From: Capsulimonadales bacterium
Lineage (GTDB): Bacteria > Armatimonadota > Armatimonadia > Armatimonadales > Armatimonadaceae
Length of the DNA: 47,891 bases
Direction of reading: 5' to 3'
NCBI GenBank assembly: GCA_033762295.1
Contig: JANRLW010000116.1
Location: forward strand, 1 to 47,891
The notes under the pieces are model-generated. The model made no database searches and had not been told where the DNA came from. It was given only the letters and a program-made list of their open reading frames with translations. Positions within the stretch are counted from its first letter, which is position 1. The number at the start of each line of letters is the position of its first letter. Shown piece after piece: positions 45,766 through 47,891 of this stretch. The translations under genes and the position numbers were made by a program.

Positions 45766-47559
45766 TCAGCGGCCGGGACGCGCGATGGTCACCCGAACCC
45801 GGCGGCCACGCAGCTTATGACGACTCAGAGCGTCCATGACCTCCTGCGCGTTCTCGCTCGGAACCTCGACAAAGGCCGTCCGATCGAAGATGTCGATCGC
45901 CCCCACGGCTTTCCCGGGCAGACCGGTCTCGTGGGCGATAGCCCCGACCAGGTCCGCCGGACGAAGGCCGTCCTGCCGTCCCAGAGGCAGGAACAGTCGG
46001 GTCATTCCCGGCTCGGAACGCTCGCTCTCGGTCGCTAACTGTTCCTCCAGACGCTCCTCGCTCTCCTGAACCGGCGCGCCGACCGTCTCCTCCCAGAGCA
46101 TGTGCAACGCCGCCGCCGCAACCTCCCGGACATCGAACTCCGGGGTCAACGCGGCGACGGTGGCCGTCTGGCTCGCGAAATCACCCGACCGCAACCGCTC
46201 GCGCAATGTGGAGACGAACCGCTCCCGACGACGGGCCAGGACATCGGCGACGGTGGGAATGCGGGCCGGCTGGATCGACGTTCCGATCGCCTGCTCGATC
46301 AGACGCAGAATCCGGCGTTCGCGCGGCTCGATCAGGGTGATGGCGTCGCCCGATCGGCCGGCGCGCCCGGTGCGCCCGACCCGATGGATATACTGCTCGG
46401 TATCGAAGGGCAGACTGAAGTTGATGACATGGGTGACGGTTTCGATGTCCAGACCGCGCGCGGCGACATCCGTGGCAATCAGCAGATCGGCCTGACCCTC
46501 GCGGAACCGCCGCATCACCCGGTCCCGCTCCGGCTGGCCCATCTCTCCGTGCAGCGCTTCGGCGGCGTAACCGCGCAGTCGCAGGGATTCCGCCAGTTCG
46601 TTCGTCTCCTGGCGTGTCCGACAGAAGACGATCGTCGGACCGGGCGTCTCCATGTCCAGAACACGCGCCAGCGCATCGATCTTCTTCCCCGGCGGCACCT
46701 CGTAGTAGGTCTGGTTCGTCGTCTCGACCGTGCGACGCTTCGTCTCGATCACGACCCGCCGGGCGTTCGGAAGGAACTTTTTCGTCAGGGCGAGGATGCG
46801 CGGCGGCATGGTCGCCGAGAAAAGAGCCGTCTGTCGCTCCGGGGGCAACTGGGCGAGGATGCTTTCGATATCTTCGATAAACCCGAACGCCAGCATCTCG
46901 TCGGCCTCATCGAGAGCGCAAAACGTGCCGTGCGAAAGGTCGAGAGTGCCCCGGCGAAGATGGTCCTGGACACGTCCCGGCGTGCCGACGACCACCTGCG
47001 CGCCCTCGTGCAGGGCGCGGAACTGACGGTCGATCGGCTGACCGCCGTAAACGGGAACCACCCGGAGTCCGCTGTTCCGGGCGAATTTCATGATCTCGGC
47101 GGCGGCCTGGATCGCCAGTTCGCGGGTCGGCACCAGGACCAGCGCCTGGGTCTCCTTGCGCATCGCGTCCATGCGCTGCAGAAGCGGCAGCGTAAAGGCG
47201 GCGGTCTTGCCGGTGCCCGTCTGCGCCTGTCCGATCAGGTCGTGACCCGCGAGCAGGACCGGAATCGCGGCGGCCTGAATGGGGGTCGGGCTTTCGAAAC
47301 CGGCCTCGGCGACCGCGCGGCGAATCGTCTCGGAAAGGCCCAGATCGTCGAAGGAAGGAAGGACGACCTCGTCCGGTTCGACCACGGGCGCGACCGTCTC
47401 AGGCATCGGCTCTTCGGGACGGGGGGCCGATTGATCGTTCCGGCCGGACCGCGTCTCCGGACGCGGCGTTCCCGTCTGCTTCCGCGGACGTTTCACCGAC
47501 GCCTCCGGAAACGTGACACCGGGAGGGAGCTTACTGATCTTTTTACGAATTTTCGCCAC
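45766..47559 (-). CDS. deaD: DEAD-box RNA helicase (DeaD/CsdA type) with DbpA RNA-binding domain
   Basis: PTPIQ, AQTGTGKT, PTRELA, DEAD, SAT, ARGLD, HRVGRTGRAG; C-terminal GRQDGLRPADLVGAI. Confidence 0.93.
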   Translation of the reverse strand: MAKIRKKISKLPPGVTFPEASVKRPRKQTGTPRPETRSGRNDQSAPRPEEPMPETVAPVVEPDEVVLPSFDDLGLSETIRRAVAEAGFESPTPIQAAAIPVLLAGHDLIGQAQTGTGKTAAFTLPLLQRMDAMRKETQALVLVPTRELAIQAAAEIMKFARNSGLRVVPVYGGQPIDRQFRALHEGAQVVVGTPGRVQDHLRRGTLDLSHGTFCALDEADEMLAFGFIEDIESILAQLPPERQTALFSATMPPRILALTKKFLPNARRVVIETKRRTVETTNQTYYEVPPGKKIDALARVLDMETPGPTIVFCRTRQETNELAESLRLRGYAAEALHGEMGQPERDRVMRRFREGQADLLIATDVAARGLDIETVTHVINFSLPFDTEQYIHRVGRTGRAGRSGDAITLIEPRERRILRLIEQAIGTSIQPARIPTVADVLARRRERFVSTLRERLRSGDFASQTATVAALTPEFDVREVAAAALHMLWEETVGAPVQESEERLEEQLATESERSEPGMTRLFLPLGRQDGLRPADLVGAIAHETGLPGKAVGAIDIFDRTAFVEVPSENAQEVMDALSRHKLRGRRVRVTIARPGR

Positions 47560-47735
47560 CGCTGCTTCCTAACCTCGCTGAATCTCCCCCGGCCGGTGTC
47601 CGATCGGACATCTCTGCGGGAACGCTTGGAGTATATCAGATGCCGGACGAACGAAAGAGAAGATTCACGACCGTTTGCGCGGACGCCGGGGCTGCGAGTA
47701 GAATGGACGGGATTCGAAAGGAAGCTGCCCCGCCG

Positions 47736-47891
47736 ATGGAACCCATCGCGAATTTCGATAAACCCCGCAACGTCGTCGATGAATTCAAATGGCTGAGCGA
47801 TGAGGCGATTCTCAAGGACCTCGCCGACCGCCGTCACCGCTTCTCCATTCTCCTCTGCAACCTGAAGCACGATGTCAATATCGGCTCGGCC
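47736..47891 (+). CDS. TrmH/SpoU-family RNA methyltransferase, 3'-truncated by the window edge
   Basis: Manual translation MEPIANFDKPRNVVDEFKWLSDEAILKDLADRRHRFSILLCNLKHDVNIGSA; SPOUT motif 1 (N..HD.NIG). Confidence 0.8.
   Translation, partial: MEPIANFDKPRNVVDEFKWLSDEAILKDLADRRHRFSILLCNLKHDVNIGSA

Overview
GC-rich bacterial chromosomal window; an Armatimonadota-like diderm origin is my impression only and is not demonstrated. In order: a 5'-truncated AT-richer hypothetical gene; a MalT/LuxR regulator divergent from an ECF sigma factor whose upstream/5' region is duplicated; an SDR; a Ton uptake cluster (TonB-dependent receptor, in-frame ExbB-ExbD fusion, free ExbB, free ExbD, long TonB); DUF2231-like and GH76 genes; a coupled pair of AAA_35-like NTPases (wHTH-BTAD-NTPase and NTPase-TM-Pro linker-CBM4); CheB and a CheB-CheR-PAS histidine kinase; GT2/GT2/O-antigen-ligase genes; a transglutaminase-like gene; tRNA-Glu(CTC) carrying a 3.4 kb island (broken tyrosine integrase, DGQHR/DndB-like gene, candidate structured spacer, unknown protein); an ECF sigma/anti-sigma/TPR-CHAT/S8 protease/secreted protein cluster; GH109; DeaD; and a partial TrmH. 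Best candidates for undescribed systems: the DGQHR island cassette, the paired-NTPase glycan sensor, the CRISPR-free sigma/anti-sigma/CHAT module and the ExbB-ExbD fusion motor. All domain calls are by motif recognition; no searches were run.
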